DNA of 64,000 nt, taken from NCBI RefSeq assembly GCF_009914755.1, contig NC_060928.1; one strand, 5' to 3'. The DNA comes from the human T2T-CHM13v2.0 reference genome, Homo sapiens. The translations under genes and the position numbers were made by a program. Shown here one piece after another: positions 1-14,159 of the stretch (the first letter of the stretch is position 1; each line of letters opens with the position of its first letter). The notes beneath the pieces were generated by a model, which was given only the letters and a program-made list of their open reading frames with translations, was not told the origin of the DNA and ran no database searches.

Positions 1-330
1 TTTTTCTTTGCCTGGAAAGCTCTCTCTCCTTAGTCCCCACCCATCTGTGGGTCTTCTGTTTCCTATCAGGGTATGTCCATGTGACCCCTACATGAAGCCA
101 TCTGAGGGACGCATCCCAGCTATAGCATGCCTGCATTTCTTCCCATCTACAGAGATACCTCCTTAAATGTAGAAGTTGGGTTCTGTGCATCAATGCAGCA
201 CCTTAAAAGGCAAATTTTGCACAAATACCTGAACAGGTTTCTTTATTAACTCTCAAAGTTACAGAAACATGCTACCCACTCTGAAGTTGCACTTTGTTTT
301 ATTTTCGTGGAATTCTAAAATCACTATTAG

Positions 331-512
331 TCAAGGCCTAGCTCTGCTACCTTCTAGCTGCCTGATCTTATCCAGGTCACTTAACCTCCCTGAGTCTGTT
401 TTCTCACTCACAGCAACATTATAAAAACCTACAGGATCATTGTGAAGACCATCGATAATGCATCAACACTGTCTGACTCACGAAAGGTACTTGGTACATG
501 GCAGTTAGTATT
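331..512 (+). mobile_element. MIR SINE relic
   Basis: MIR core-like 'ctagctgcctgatcttatccaggtcacttaacctccctgagtctgttttctca' followed by degenerate 3' part. Confidence 0.65.
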
Positions 513-899
513 TTTTTCTACTAGATGATCAGCTCTTATTCACAATTATGCCACCAGCAACTAGGACAGTGTTCAGTAAATGCTTGTGGCAGTAATGATT
601 GCCTAACAGAGTGACTGAACGAATAAACAAATAAACTGATGAACAAATGTTCACATTGTAAGGGACCTTAACATTCATCAAACATGACCTCCCGTCCAAT
701 TCAGAGTGTGTCTTTTAGAAGACTCCTGCAGAACAGTCTTTGGCGTTCAATGAAGCATGCTTACTGTCTCACTACCACCCACTGCAGGGAAAGTATATAA
801 TTAGAAAGCTCTGGTGTTGCGTGGAAATGTTACTATCTTTCATCATCTACTCATCTTCCCTTATTCTGACCTCCCCCACTGTGGGACACAAAGTAGGTG

Positions 900-1110
900 C
901 TCATTCTTTCATTCTTTTAACAAACACTTTTTGTGGGGCTAGTTTACTGGACTAGGAGAACTCTATTCAGGCTGAATATACAGAGATATCCCTGTGATTG
1001 CAGGGCTTACATTTTAGCCAGGGGCAGACATTAAACAACTAGGTGAATAATTAATTATTGAAGTACAATTATAACAAGTACATCGAAGGAGAAGTATAAG
1101 GTACCATAGT
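900..1110 (-). mobile_element. L2 LINE 3' end relic
   Basis: Reverse complement of L2 tail (tcattctttcattc...aacaaacact) and 'cttacattttag...ggggcagacattaaacaa'. Confidence 0.5.
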
Positions 1111-1179
1111 CGGAAAGTAAGCTGAGAACCTTGCCACTCAGTAAAGTAGAGAAGCCAGACAGGATTTGAAGGAGTTCTA

Positions 1180-1246
1180 GGGGAAAAAGAAAGGAGAGGA
1201 GGAAAGGAGGAAGGGCGGGAAGAAGTGAAGGAGGGAGGGGAGGAGG
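1180..1246. repeat. Purine-rich (GGA/GAA) low-complexity tract
   Basis: Almost pure A/G run of about 65 nt. Confidence 0.85.
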
Positions 1247-1359
1247 TACTTTTTTAATATATTAGGAAAGTCACCTCTTAATCCTTCCTGAAAAACCCCA
1301 TTCATGTTAAGGCTCTTTGTCACCAATCAATGATTATTCATAGGTTCATGAAATATAAA

Positions 1360-1580
1360 CAAGCCTGGGCTCCAATCCTGAGCCTGTTATTTACACCTTT
1401 GGCAAATGTCTGCACTCCTGTAGACTCATATTCCCCACTTGTAACACAAGGAGGGTAAACGAAGCTACTGTTGGGGACTGTTACGGCAAGTAAATGCAAG
1501 AGTGCTGCTAATGCAAGGGTGCTTCTGACTTAGCACAGTGCCATCACATGGCGAGCGTTCAAAACAGTGCCCATTATCAC
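1360..1580 (+). mobile_element. MIR SINE relic
   Basis: 'cctgggctccaatcctgagc...tttggcaaatg...ttccccacttgtaa...ttagcacagtgcc' follows the MIR consensus order. Confidence 0.6.
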
Positions 1581-2409
1581 GATGAATCGCTAACTGCTTC
1601 ACGTTCAGCCGACGAAGTGGAAGTTCAGAGCAATCAAGGGCGTGACTGGGGTCACTCAACTCATTGAAGGCAGAGATGGTATCCAGTCACAGGTCTCCCT
1701 AAGCAATTCTCTTAAAAAAAAAAAAAAGTTGTTTCATTTTTTTTAAATCTCATAATCAAAAATAAAAAGTATAAATAAATGATTGATAATGCTTTCCTTA
1801 GGGTCCAGAGATGATCACATGAAAATTTCAGAGGGTGAGTTTTAGGCTAGGAAGATGAAAACACTTCACTTTTTTAAACGATTAATGTACAGGTCTTTAT
1901 TGGTCAAGGCAATAGGCCCAGAATTGTTCGGGAAGTTAAACGGGATACAAGAAAATAAGACAGGCCTCTTTCTCAGAGGTTTAACCATAGAGTTGAATTT
2001 CCTCCTCAAAAGGCCAGCAGCATAAATTCTTTTAGAATAGAAGAATTAAGACTTGAAGAGAATGTTTTCAAACATTCCCCAGAGACCACAGCCAGATATT
2101 TCTGGTCACTGCTTTATAGGAAAACCTCTACTTTTAACCAACTACTCACCTTAGAACTCATCCATATTACTAAAACCCACAAAATAATTTCCACTTTGAT
2201 GTTAGAAGCATCAGTAGCTTTAACATGCAGTATTTTAGGGCATTGACCATCATAGGAAAGTAATTCCTCTCAACTTAATAATAACCTAGCAATAGAAACT
2301 AATTATAGGTAGGTCAAGAAACAGGCATTCCGAACCAAATAAACACCTTCATGTTAGCCAGACTTCCTGAAACTATCGCACACTAAAATCTATTCATTGG
2401 CCTTTCAAT

Positions 2410-2665
2410 AAACAGTTCTTGAGCACCTACTAATAATAGCCAATCTTGATGAGGGCTTACCACGGCCAGGCTCTTATGTAAACCTCATAACATCTTGATG
2501 AGGCAGGAACTATTATTATCCCCATTTGACAGATGAGAAGACCAGTCACAGAGAAAGCAAAAAATTTCCCCAAGTCCACAAAGCTAGCAAATGGTAGCAT
2601 CTGGCATCGCCCAGGCAGTCTAGTGTCAGCATCCCTGATCCTGGCCACAATGCTGTATTGCTTCT
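2410..2665 (-). mobile_element. MIR SINE (near full length)
   Basis: Reverse MIR core 'tattattatccccatttgacagatgagaa...cccaagtccacaaagctagcaaatggt...cccaggcagtctag'. Confidence 0.8.
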
Positions 2666-2849
2666 CGGAAGCAAGTATGTGCTGGATGCCAACAGAAATG
2701 CAAACATGGTCATCAGTGGTCTCTGTCCTCCAGGCAGTTGCAGCACCATAATGGAACCAGAGACACCAAGACTAACAATGGGAGGCCAGGTGAGCAGGAG
2801 CATTCACATGGGCAAGGCAGAGGCCTGCTTCTCTCTTCACAACACCTCC

Positions 2850-3013
2850 GTTATCCCCACAGTAACTCAGTGGGGCATTACTGGTTACCTACTCTACAGA
2901 TCAGAAAGGCAAGAATTTAGAGACAAAGGATAATCAGACCTAGGTCAAGCAGTCTGTGAGGTCGGAGCCAGGATTCAGGGTCAAATCTATCATCCTTGGA
3001 ATCACACATGCTT
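2850..3013 (-). mobile_element. MIR SINE relic
   Basis: 'ctctacagatcagaaa...cctaggtca...ggagccaggattca' reverse MIR pattern. Confidence 0.5.
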
Positions 3014-3529
3014 CCCATTTCACCCCAAGTCTGCTATTTTATGTGATGCTCAGGGGAACCTCTAAAGTTCTCTTGAATGCATATGAGATAAGGGCTTGTT
3101 CTACCTGGGAAGGACCAGGAAGGCTTCTGAGAGAAAATGGTATGATAATGGGATTGGGAAGGAGTAGTAAAATGAGGAGAGGAATTTTCCAGACTGAGAA
3201 TACATAGGTAGCATGTTCACAAAAGCACAGAGGTGAGAAAATGTTAGCATGGTCAAGAGCAAAAGCTGGTTCAGGAAAACTTGAATGTGGATTACACAGT
3301 GGTGAGGAGCAGCAGGAGGAGAGGAATGTATTGGGGACCAAATGTTGAGGAGCCTTACACACAATATCCGACTTGGAGGCCTATGTAAGCTGGCTCATGG
3401 CTATCCATTGTGCTCAAAAACTCTAGACAAGAGATACCCATGAATATTCTTATTGTTTCACTCTTTCATCTTGTTAACTCTACACAGAAAATATTTTGCA
3501 AAGTATTCGAAGAGGTCTGTTTTCAAGCA

Positions 3530-3690
3530 CAATCTTCCATTGAGACCCTCAAGAATAGAGACTACATCACAGTCACTTCTATAATCCCAATGCCTGGCAC
3601 TGCGCAAGATGCATGCTTGGTAAAATATTGCTGAATAAGTGGATGGATGGGTGGATGGATGGATGGATGAAAAGATGATTGAATAAATTA
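3530..3690 (+). mobile_element. L2 3' end with (GGAT)n microsatellite derived from its tail
   Basis: 'atgcctggcac...tgcttggtaaaatattgctgaataa' then (GGAT)n at 3641-3669. Confidence 0.65.
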
Positions 3691-4794
3691 ATGAGCAACT
3701 AAGCAAAGTGATAAATGTATGTTGGGGTGAGTTATATGTAGACAGAGTTATTGACAATTTACATATCCAATGTTAGCACGAAATGTGCGCCTCTTCCCAC
3801 AGTCCCTATTGCTTGGAATTCCTGTCACATAAAATAATGTATTTCATTCTATAGTAAACAATGAGATCCAAAATGCAGATACTTCAAATAAATCTTTAAT
3901 GGGTTTTTGATAATTATTGAAAATAGGAATGAGTAGATTTGAATTCACACTGACATGCAAATGACTGATCCTGGATTATTTCCTGACAAGGTGTTGGGAT
4001 ACAAAGGGATGCAGAGAATGAGATCTGAGTTTGTTGACTCCCTCCATTCCATCAGAAAGCTTCAGAGGCTTCTGTCTTCTGCCAAGAATTACCTTACCAC
4101 ATAAATATTCTCTTCGCTTGAGGATGTTTCCTTTAAAATATGGATACAGACAAAGAACTTTAGAATCTTGCCCACCTCAACTATTGCACCACTCTCTAAC
4201 ATAAACAACCCTCTCTACTAATTAAGCCAGCTCATTCCTTTCCCCACAACCCATACAGATTCCTGCCTCATTCACCGGGCTGGGCCAACCCTCCTTCCTA
4301 CAACTTTCTCTGCACACCACTCCCCATCCTCCCAAATCCTTTCAAATCCTGCCCCATCTTCTTGGCAAATTGTCCCTCCTAAAATTCCCACTGCAGTTGT
4401 GAGAGACATCAAAGCCCATTTTCTTCCACTCATCCTGAGCTATTTGTCAGAGTTTTGGCTCCTGGACTGGATTATCCATGTAGTAAACTTTGCTAATAAT
4501 AATATCTCCATTCATTGAGAATGCCCTTCATGCTCAGACCCTGGATTTTGCACACGTATCTCATCCTAGGACATAAAAATCTTCCTGCCCATTTTGTAGA
4601 TGAAAAATACAAGGATAAGGAAGGTAAAAAATACAAGCCAAAAAATGCCCTCACCCATTGAATTCAGCTCTTCTAACTCAGCCCTCCTTCCTCTAGTCAG
4701 TATAGCTACTTAATGATGAAAATATTCTGCTGCCTTATCATTAGACATTATAGTTAAAACTACAGTTCAATTTATACAAAACCTCCATAAATGC

Positions 4795-5085
4795 TTTTTT
4801 TGAGACAAGATCTCATTCTATTGCCCAGGCTGCTGGAGGGCAGTGACACAATCATAGCTCACTGCAGTCTGGAACTCCAGGCTCAAGCCATCCTCCTGCC
4901 TCAACTTCCTGAGTAGCTAGGACTACATGCATGGGCTACCACGTCAGGCAATCCTTTAAAAAATTTTTAGATATAGGATCTTCCTATGTTGCCCAGGCTA
5001 GTGCTGAACTCTTGGCCTTAAACAACTCTCCTGCCTCAGCCTCCCAAAGTGCTGGAATTACAAGTGTGAGCCACTGTGCCTGGCC
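4795..5085 (-). mobile_element. AluJ
   Basis: Dimeric reverse Alu with J-type 'atcatagctcactgcag...gctcaagccatcctcc'; partial flank repeat CCATAA at 4785 and 5086. Confidence 0.95.
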
Positions 5086-5091
5086 CCATAA

Positions 5092-5560
5092 GGGTTGTAT
5101 AGTATTCCACAGAATATATATGTATCAGATTTTATCTGACCCTTTGTTATTGGATATGGAGTTTGCAGCTTCGTTTTTAAGATTGTAAAAAGCAGAGCCA
5201 TTTAAAAAACTGTAGTTTTTCTCCTTATTTTTTATTTTATTGTTGTAAATTCCCAGATGCAAGATTATTGTGTCAAAACATGTGAATGTTTTATGACATA
5301 ATACACACCACCAACATGCAATCACAAGCACCAGTGTATGCTGCTGCCAGCATTGCATGCATAATTTCAAGCAAAAGGCATGTTCATTTTACTTTATTAT
5401 AACTAGTAAAGCCACAGATTGCTTACTAATCTAATGGCTTTGAATTACTTCATCTTGTCTTTTATACATGCACCTCTTGGTATGCTGATAGCATTTTGGT
5501 TTCTTTGTACTAGCTCTTCATAACAGTGATAAATCCTGTGCCGGACATACCATCTGTACT
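5092..5560 (-). mobile_element. Old L1 (L1M-type) fragment
   Basis: 'tgtatagtattcca...ttattggat...gtaaattcccagatgcaagattattgtgtcaaa' resembles the reverse L1 ORF2 end. Confidence 0.5.
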
Positions 5561-5574
5561 AGACCTAAATTCAC

Positions 5575-5965
5575 TTAGCTCATTATACTCATGTTGGCAG
5601 CATATACTTGAGGATCACCCATGATGTGTCACCATGCTGGCACTGGGAACACCCAAAAGAAAATGACATAGCTTCAAGAAACAATGACTAGGGTAAAGGT
5701 CTGATGGTTGGTCATGCAAGATAAACTCGGAATTCCCACTATAAGATACTTTCACCCAAGAGAGGGAGAGGGAACATGAAAAGGACCATACTGTGAGTTC
5801 AAAGTGGTGGGTGTAGCCAGGGACTGCTCCAGGGCTTCTGAAGAGGCAGGGAAGGGAGATATCTGAGGCATCTTCATGGAAGGTAGAAGGGTTAGCTGAG
5901 CCTGAAGGACAGTGGGGTTTGCTGACAGCAGAGAGGAGAGACTCCTGGCTGAGAAGCCTTGTGAA
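5575..5965 (-). mobile_element. L2 relic
   Basis: 'catatacttgagg...catgctggcactgggaacac...catcttcatggaagg...gagcctgaagga' reverse L2 pattern. Confidence 0.5.
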
Positions 5966-6999
5966 TCAAAGCCCACAGCTGACATCACAGCTGCAAAAGC
6001 AACCTCAGGGAGCAGAGGGATGGCTGTGCATCTGGGAAACATTTTCTGCATGAGAAGCCACGAGACATTTGTTTGTTCACTAGGCAGTCTAGCCTCTATC
6101 ATGGGGGTCCATGAGAACAAGACCACTCAGATGAAAGTGGACACCTCTTTTCCAGAAGTTTGTCTTTGTGAAGGGTAGCTAAGATGACCCTATGTTTAAC
6201 CAGCCAGTGAGGGGCCTATTAAATTCTGATCTTTAGTGTTCTTAATGCAACAAACAATACTTTTTCCCCAATGCCTGCTTATTTGGGTCCAGGAATTAAG
6301 AGGGATCTTTTCCTGGGGCTGGGAAGGGTCTTAACAAAGATATGAGGATAAACTGCCACACCCTCGGAGTCATTTGTGAAGTGGAGAAACTCATGGAACT
6401 GCTCAACCTACTTCCCAGTTCAATAGGCACCATTCAGTTATCCACCATCACAAGCTGCTAGAGTCCATAATTACATTGGATCGGTTGGATCAATTCAGTT
6501 AAGTAAACTTGACACACATTTCTCAGTGGATTTCAGTGTCCAAGTGACTACTTGAGTGTTCCTTAAATCCAGTGTGAGCATCTGCACTGGGTGGGAAAAG
6601 GGAATATGTCTTCATTGCCCCAATGCTGATTTGAAGAGACCTGAAACCCAGGAAATGGCCCTATGTCCATAGTGACAGCCAACAGTAATGATGGTGAATT
6701 CTCTGTAATTGAGGGGGAGATTGCTCCCCAAATACCAAAACAAGATTCCAGTGAAGCTAACACAGACTATTAAGATCATATATGATCCATCTTCAATACA
6801 ATGCTCAATGACTGGCCTAAGGGACTCAGAGGATCCAGAGTTATAAGATCCATCAACTCTTACCCAGTCACCAGGCTTTAGGGTCAAGTATTAAATGTGC
6901 AGGAGAAATAACTGGGGTACCTCTTTAGCTTCCAGACTCTAGCCCAACTCTAGGCCTGTGGACACAGTCACAGATGTGGTAGTAGAGCCCCGGAGTCCC

Positions 7000-7415
7000 A
7001 CCCTCTCTGCACCAGCCACACTGGTCTTGTTTGCTATTCCTCAGACTTACCTGTGACCTCAAGGCCTTTGCACTAGCTGTTCTCCCAACCTGGAATGCTC
7101 CTTCCCTACACAGTAACAAGGATCTCTCCTCTTCATTTGGTTCTCTGTTCCAATGCCGCCTCCTAAAGGAGACCTTCTCTAACCACATTATATAAAGCAA
7201 TCGCATCTTACTCCCTTTAACATGCTTGACTTTCTTCTTAGCACTACCACTCCCTAAAATATTAATTACCTGAAATACTCTTTACTTATGAATATTAATC
7301 CTTGTGTCCCATGACACCAGGGAGGTGTCTTTTCTGTTTGCTGCTATGTGCCAAGCACCTAGGACAGAGCCTGGCACATAGTAAGTATCCCATAGTCATT
7401 GACTGAGTGAATTGA
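7000..7415 (+). mobile_element. L2a 3' region
   Basis: 'cagccacactggtcttg...ggcctttgcactagctgttctc...cctggaatgctc...gcacctaggacagagcctggcacatagtaag'. Confidence 0.8.
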
Positions 7416-8954
7416 TAGATGTTTCACAAAAGCTCCAAGGAGCCCCATAGAGCTAGTCCCTGAACCACACTTTATAAGCCACTGGCCTTAGATCATCAGG
7501 GTACATTTTACCCCTTGGAGTTTCAGTTCCATTTAATCACGACTGTGTCCTGCTCAGCTCCATTCTTGCTGCACTCTCTTACTTCCCTATTCTACATTCT
7601 TGGAGCCCAAGGGAGAGTTTGGCTATGTTATATGTCTCAGAAGAACATCCCATTCAGAAAACTGAACATCAGAGGGTTCAGTGGCTTCACCGACATCCCA
7701 CAGGCACTCTGTGAGTGGCAGAACAAAGACACCGGTATTCTGATTCCCATTCCTTTGCTCTTTCCAAAACATCATCCTTCCTCCCTTAGCTGTAAATTTG
7801 ACCCGATTTAAAAAGAAAAGTGTGTGTACTGCTTATGGGAAAGGAGACTTTTTTAAAGGAGGCAAAAAATATGAAGGTGGATGTCCACAAATTCAACTGG
7901 GAAGAAAGGCAAGGCCTTGCCATCACAGTCAATTATAGAATGGATACCCTCATAACACAGAGATTCAGGTGGCCTCAATCTTTGCAGGCCCTGGACAGTC
8001 TTTTCAAGACCCTGCCAATCCCAGGGCGCCACAGGCAAACCACAGTGACTCCGGCCAGCGGAACCAACCACATCTGACCCTGCCATAGGCCTGAACACGT
8101 GCTGCAGGACTGAAAGAAAGGACGCCAGGGGAAGAGGGGAAGGAAAAAGAAAGGCCTCATAGCTTGAGGGAGGCCAGCTAGGAAATTAGCCAAGAGCATG
8201 ATGGACACAAGAAAACATAATGGACACAAAAAGCTGGCAGGAGAAAAGGGCAAAGAAAAGCAAGTTGGTGGAAAATAAACGCTATCCAAAAACACAACAA
8301 AATGTTTTCTAGAAGTTTATTTTACCTAGAATTAATGACAGGAAAACCCCATAAACGTGGTGCAAAATGTTTAATGCCCCATTGAATGTCAACATTATGC
8401 CATCCATCTGTCCTTGCAGGTGTATTATTTCTAGTCCCCAGGATGAAAAGAAAAGTTGCTTTTCACGTCTTTTATAGTACTTAAAAATACATATTTCCAA
8501 GGCTTTATTGCCAAAGGTCCTGCTTTCTTCCAGAACCCACAATAACTAATCATGTCACTGCCACCAAGTCTAGGAATTGGAATTAATAGTTGGTTGGGGG
8601 GGTTGCTCCCATCCTATGAGTGATCTTTGCTTTAACGACCCTTAGAGTTAGTGATTTCTCCTAAATATTTATTTCTCCCTAAGGGAAAGATTTCTCTAAG
8701 AACATTCTCTCTGCCCTAAATATTCACAATTCTCAATCTGTTTTTCTTCTATTTGTCCACTTAGAGTTTTTGCTGGAATCAATTTTATTAATTTCCTTCT
8801 GAAAATTAACAAGTCAAAGTAAATCACAGGGAGCTTTTTCCTCTCCACCATATGACTCTCTTCACTTTCTCGGTTTTTCTCTCAATGCTAGGTCACCATG
8901 GCCTGGATTTACTCTAATTTCTGTCCAGAACTTTCCTTCAAATTAAAAAAAAAA

Positions 8955-9035
8955 TGTGGGAAGAAAAAGAGAAAAAGAGGAAAGAAGGAAGGAGGGAGGG
9001 AGGAAACGGAGGGAAGAAGGGAGGAAGGAAATAAT
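8955..9035. repeat. Purine-rich (GGAA/GGGA) low-complexity tract
   Basis: A/G run of about 75 nt with one C. Confidence 0.85.
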
Positions 9036-11214
9036 GGAAAAATTTAGATTAAACTTAAACATTATTGCAATTTAAACATTGCAGTCAACATCTGTGCCCT
9101 CCTCGCTTTTCTAAAAGATGCTTCCTTTAAGATTTAAACACTTCTTTTATAATGAAAGACATTATCCAATATTGTGTAGGGATCTCTCTGGCTCATATCA
9201 AATTGACTGTTCTTTTAAAAATTCCAGGATTATCAGCCTTCTTGGAAGATTCTCCGTCAACTTATTGGAGCAATTAAATCACAGTCACAATTATGTTTCA
9301 AAGCTGACAGTATCCATTGGATCTATAGCTCCAGAAGCTCGGGTAGGTCATTTAAACTTTCTGCATCTACAATTTCCTCCCCTGCAAAGTGAAAGTCTAG
9401 ACCAGATTATCCCCAAGATCCTTCGGACTTTACTATTGTACATGTATACTGTTTCTCACCTCAATGATTTTCATTTTACTTTATGAGAACACAATATTCA
9501 CCAATTATCCAGGGACTGTATGACCCAATTTAAAAAGTAATTTTAAAAAATAAAATAAAATAAAGGCTTTACTAGTTGTAGAATCTATTTCCAGAACCCC
9601 GAACCTGGAGATTCACTTTGAGGCACTCTGTGGACTTGCGTTTTCTCATTGGCTGTTCTGGTGGCAGTCGGCTTGTTAACTGACTTTTATCGTTTGTTTT
9701 CACAACAACCTTCTGACTCCTTAGAGCAAATTGCAAGGCAAAACATGTTATCCAATTGGCAGTTAGGAAATCCAGATCCCGGGCCCCAGAGGGAAGGCCA
9801 ACTCCTTAATTCCAGCCTGATGATGGGAAAGAAGTCATCAGGAGGTTAAGTGACTTATGCAATTGGATGGAGCAAGCCAGCGTCCACAACAGGATCCTGG
9901 ACACTCAGTCCCTGCCTCTTCGGACAGCGTTCAACTCTCCCAGCCGCACTTCTTCCCTGAATGCTTTTTAATCTGGCATGATCCACAAATAAAGGAAATT
10001 GTGGTTTTCACATCTTGATGGAGGTTATTTTTCCACTGTGAATAATAAAAGCAGAGTATCCCATTTGTAGCTTCGAAAGGTTCCCATTCCAACCCGCATT
10101 ATTTATTCCTCAGGCTTTCAACAGTTTTTATTTCAAGATGTCAGTTTTTAACGTGTTTGCATAATTCTGCATTTTATTTCAGGATTCACTGTCATAACCA
10201 TTCATTTCCCCCCACCAGCTAAGTTGCTGAAAAAGAAAACTGTGTTTCCAGGCCAGTCCAGTCCTACAATTTAAAAGCTGGCAGGACCCGTCTTCCTTTT
10301 CCCCCCTGGGAGGATTAATTTGCTTCTTTTTTATTCTCAAAGTTTTATGATTCCAAATAAAGGATATAATGGTGCCATTGAGAGTTGGGAAAATGTGGAA
10401 GATAAATAGTCTATGTGGGAACTGCTTAAAATGAGAATTGAAGTTTGGAGAAGGAGGTGGGAGAAGTGGAGACATTTTTTATCATGTGAGCTTGGCCTAC
10501 TCATGATAAAGGAAATTTCCTCCTTCTAATGAGTCTTGCCTTTAAAGACTGAAGTGAGGGCGAATGGCTCCATTTGTGTCATAAATGTAAAGAAGCTGAA
10601 ATCGTACTCCCAAGAATGCAATATGTTTAATTTTGAAGTTGGGGAAGCAGCCATTAAAATGTACGTTATTTCTGGGACCTACAACACGGAGTCTGGGCTT
10701 TTAATCTTGAATTCATTGCCTGAACACTGACACATTTAAGAAACATGCTAAAATCATCTGCAGGAAACTAATTGACCAAGGGAAGTAATTTGAATAAATT
10801 CTTTTGGTTGAGTTAACACTAATTAGCTCCCGATTTGGTAGGAGCCACCTGTGTGAAGACCCATTAATAACGCTGCTTCAAGAGCCCAATTCACCATCAA
10901 AGAACTTTTATTAAGGGCCCTTTGGAATTTTACAATATAAATTGGGCAACATGACTAACCTCCAGGAGCTTGTAATTAAGGTCAATGCAGTAGACATTTA
11001 TTGACTGGGTAATATGTGCAAAGCACTACGGAGAAGCAGAGCTAATCAGGGCATGATCCCCACCCTGCCAGGGCTCACAGGCAGTGGGATGGGAAGACCA
11101 GGTCCTCCAACCAGGCAACAGTCACTCCAGGAGTTATTCAGTTTGCCTATAAATGTTTCACAGCGCAGGCTACATTTGAATTGGGCCCTAAAAAGATCAG
11201 AGACACAGTATTGA

Positions 11215-11795
11215 TTTGATGTACATCTGATCATACCATGCCATTGCTTAAACCTGTTAAATGGCTTCCCTTTGTATCTTCGATAAAATTCAGTCCCTTA
11301 ACCATGACTTTTCCAGCCCTGAGCAACCTTGGCTCCCCCTAGTTCCTTGACCTTACCTCCTCCACACCCCCTAGGCTCACACCTTCCCTGACTCCCAGGC
11401 CTCCAGTGTTTCTCAACCAATCTAAGCCCTTTCCTGCCTGAGGTATTCGCTCCACTCCAAATGGACCATCTACCTCCAAGCCACATGGCTCCCTCTTACC
11501 ATTCCCATCTCAGCTCAGTGTCACCTCCTAAGAGAGGCCTTCCCTGACTACCCAACTTAAATCAGGCATCCTCTCTACCACTACTCCCTTCCATATCACT
11601 GTTTGATTTTCTCCACAGCATTCATCACTCTTAAAATTCTTCTTCATTGACTACTTATTTATACATGACCCGTCTCTCTTCCTGCCCTGCCTCAGAATTT
11701 CAACTCCACAAAAGCAAGGAATTTTCTGGGTTGTTTACTGCAGTATCCCCTGTACCAGGGCAGGTACATGGGTAATATTAGGTAAATTAATGAAA
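11215..11795 (+). mobile_element. L2 3' region
   Basis: 'atctgatcat...ttgcttaaacc...tggcttccc...ctcagctcagtgtcacctcctaagagaggccttccctgac...ctgcagtatcccc'. Confidence 0.75.
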
Positions 11796-13263
11796 AGAAA
11801 AACAAAGATAGCAGGATAGGAGACTGGGACAATGAATAAAGGCATGATGATGACATTAGGGTGGGGAAAGCATTGGGAAGCTCGGAGGGAACCAACAGGA
11901 ATACAACTTAGGAAGAAGGCCTTTAAAACCACAATTTACTCTTCAAAGCTTCAGATCCTTGACTCCTAAGAATCAAAGTTTAAGATGGTAAGAATTTGGG
12001 GTCTCCACCTCACCTCCATATCCCTCAAAGTTTACACTATTAATAAATTCCGTGCATTTTATCATCTGATTTTTTCTTACACATTCAATAAATGTTTGCC
12101 AAAACCCTGCTCCCTTCAACCCCCAGTCCCTAGCATCAAGTTTTACAATACTATCACAGGAGAAAGAGACCTGCCACATAAATGAACGCCCTAAGAATGA
12201 GCTAGAGGGGCTATAACTTCAGAATGTGTGGTTTCTGTCCTCTGCACTGTGGTGAACAAGCCCATCTTTAAGTGTATCCAAAAATGTCAGCTGTCACGTT
12301 TGAGGGCAGACAGCCAGTTCTGGCTGGCCCTCCAAAGGTGGGGGTGTTATCAGAAGGCCATCACAGAGCACTTAATGGAGCTCCACTCCTAAATAAACAT
12401 GGCAGGGGGATGCGGGGTGCAGCCCTGTCCTGGTTGTTTGTGTGTTCCTGTCAGACCAGTCAGTTCCACTGGCCTGCGATGTTACAATGACTTCCTGGAA
12501 TATGAGATTGCACAGATCTGCCTTCATGGGATCGGGTGGCTAAAATGGGAATGGTTTAATGAATCTCCAGTCAGATCCTGTATATAAAATCCACATCACA
12601 GGGAAATGGCCAGGCCTCTGCTCAGCATGGGAAGATTTATCTTCCCTGGGTAGACCATGACCCTGTGCTCTCTCACCCTCCTTTCACACCAATAACAATG
12701 TTATCTCGTTCCCTAAAGGGCCCACAAGGTCTTATTGGAGGCCCTTTAAAACCTGGAGCCAAGTGTCTGAATGACGTTTTAATTGCATGGTTGCATTGAG
12801 GAGCCACATTAACTCTTTCATGGGAAAGTGAACAATTTCCTGAAGGTGAAATTAGGAAGAATGCATTATCATTGTTCTTGATTCCCAAGGCCAGATGCCC
12901 AGCTGGCCTGAAAACGCAAAATCTGTGTCACCTAGTCCCTCAGTCAGGCCACAGGAACACAAAAGGTGAGTCTACATTTAAGGTTCCCCTCCCACCCCAC
13001 TCACCCCCCAGCCTCTTTCTGGTGCCTGCTACTCCTCCATTAGAGATATTTTCTTAGGTTTAAGTCTTTGTAGTTCTCTAATTGTCATTGCACCTTAATG
13101 TGAATGAATCTGTAAGTTTTAGATATCAGAAAGGGATAACTGAGAATCTGTTAATATCTTTCCAATCCCGTGGAACGTTATGAACTGTGTCTCCCATTAC
13201 TCTTTGCTGTGTTCATTGCCAAATCTTTATCTCATCTCCCCTAGACCCATGTAACAATTTCTC

Positions 13264-13390
13264 TTTATTTTATTATTGTATATATTTATGGTGTACAACA
13301 CCATTCATACGGTGTATGAAACACGATGTTTTCATATACATGTATGTAGTAAAATGATTACTACAGTCCAGCAAATTTACAAATTCATCA
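13264..13390 (-). mobile_element. L1MA/L1MB-type extreme 3' end
   Basis: 'ttgtatatatttatggtgtacaac...atgttttcatatacatgt...aaatgattactacagtccagcaaatt' is the reverse L1MA 3' terminus. Confidence 0.65.
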
Positions 13391-14159
13391 GAGCTTCTCC
13401 ATGGGTCTTGCCACAAATGTGCTCAACACACCCTACAATTTCCAGTCTCTTGATTTGTGCCTGCACCATCCAGTCCAGCAAGAAGGAAGTCCCCCTCCTT
13501 ATATCCAGCCATCTAATTATATCAGCCCCAAAGATTCCTCATTTTGGGGAATAGGGATTCCCTATTTAGGGGAGGCTCTACAAAGAGTCTCCTCCAAGGG
13601 AGTAGAATAGCAGCCCACTTCTGGTGGGAATTCTGAAAGCTGAGATGTGCAGCTTCAGGCCGTGGAGTAAAGGGGTCTTTTAATTCCCTTGATGAGCTTT
13701 GCCTGGAGCTTTTTTCCCATTTTTGTCTTTCTCTACAGAAAGCATGCAAATCCCAGTGTAAACAGTGAGGTTGCCCAGATATAAGAAAATCAAATGCCTG
13801 CTCTCCTTGTTTCTTGAAACACACCCTCCAAGCCTCTATCTCCATTGCCAAGACAGCAGTACTCCTCTACTTACAGCAAAACTGGGAGCATAGTATGTAA
13901 TAAGAGGCACCTGTCAGGAGATAAATAAAAGGGAATGGTGGGGATTTGGATGACCTGGAGAACACTTTTCTCATTTCAACTTAGCAGACACCATTCAGTT
14001 CCAGCCAATTCATACCAAAAGGGAAATGAATTTAAAGCCTCAGGACACATTTTTTATGTAAAATCTCTTGATTTCTAGATGTTAGTTTAAATCTAAGAAC
14101 AATGTGGGTCAGTGTATGATTGCTGCCTTAGACATATCAGATTAGGGTGTGGATATAAG

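Noticed and set aside
12960-12972. Strong donor AAG|GTGAGT
   Set aside because: No convincing upstream acceptor or open coding frame
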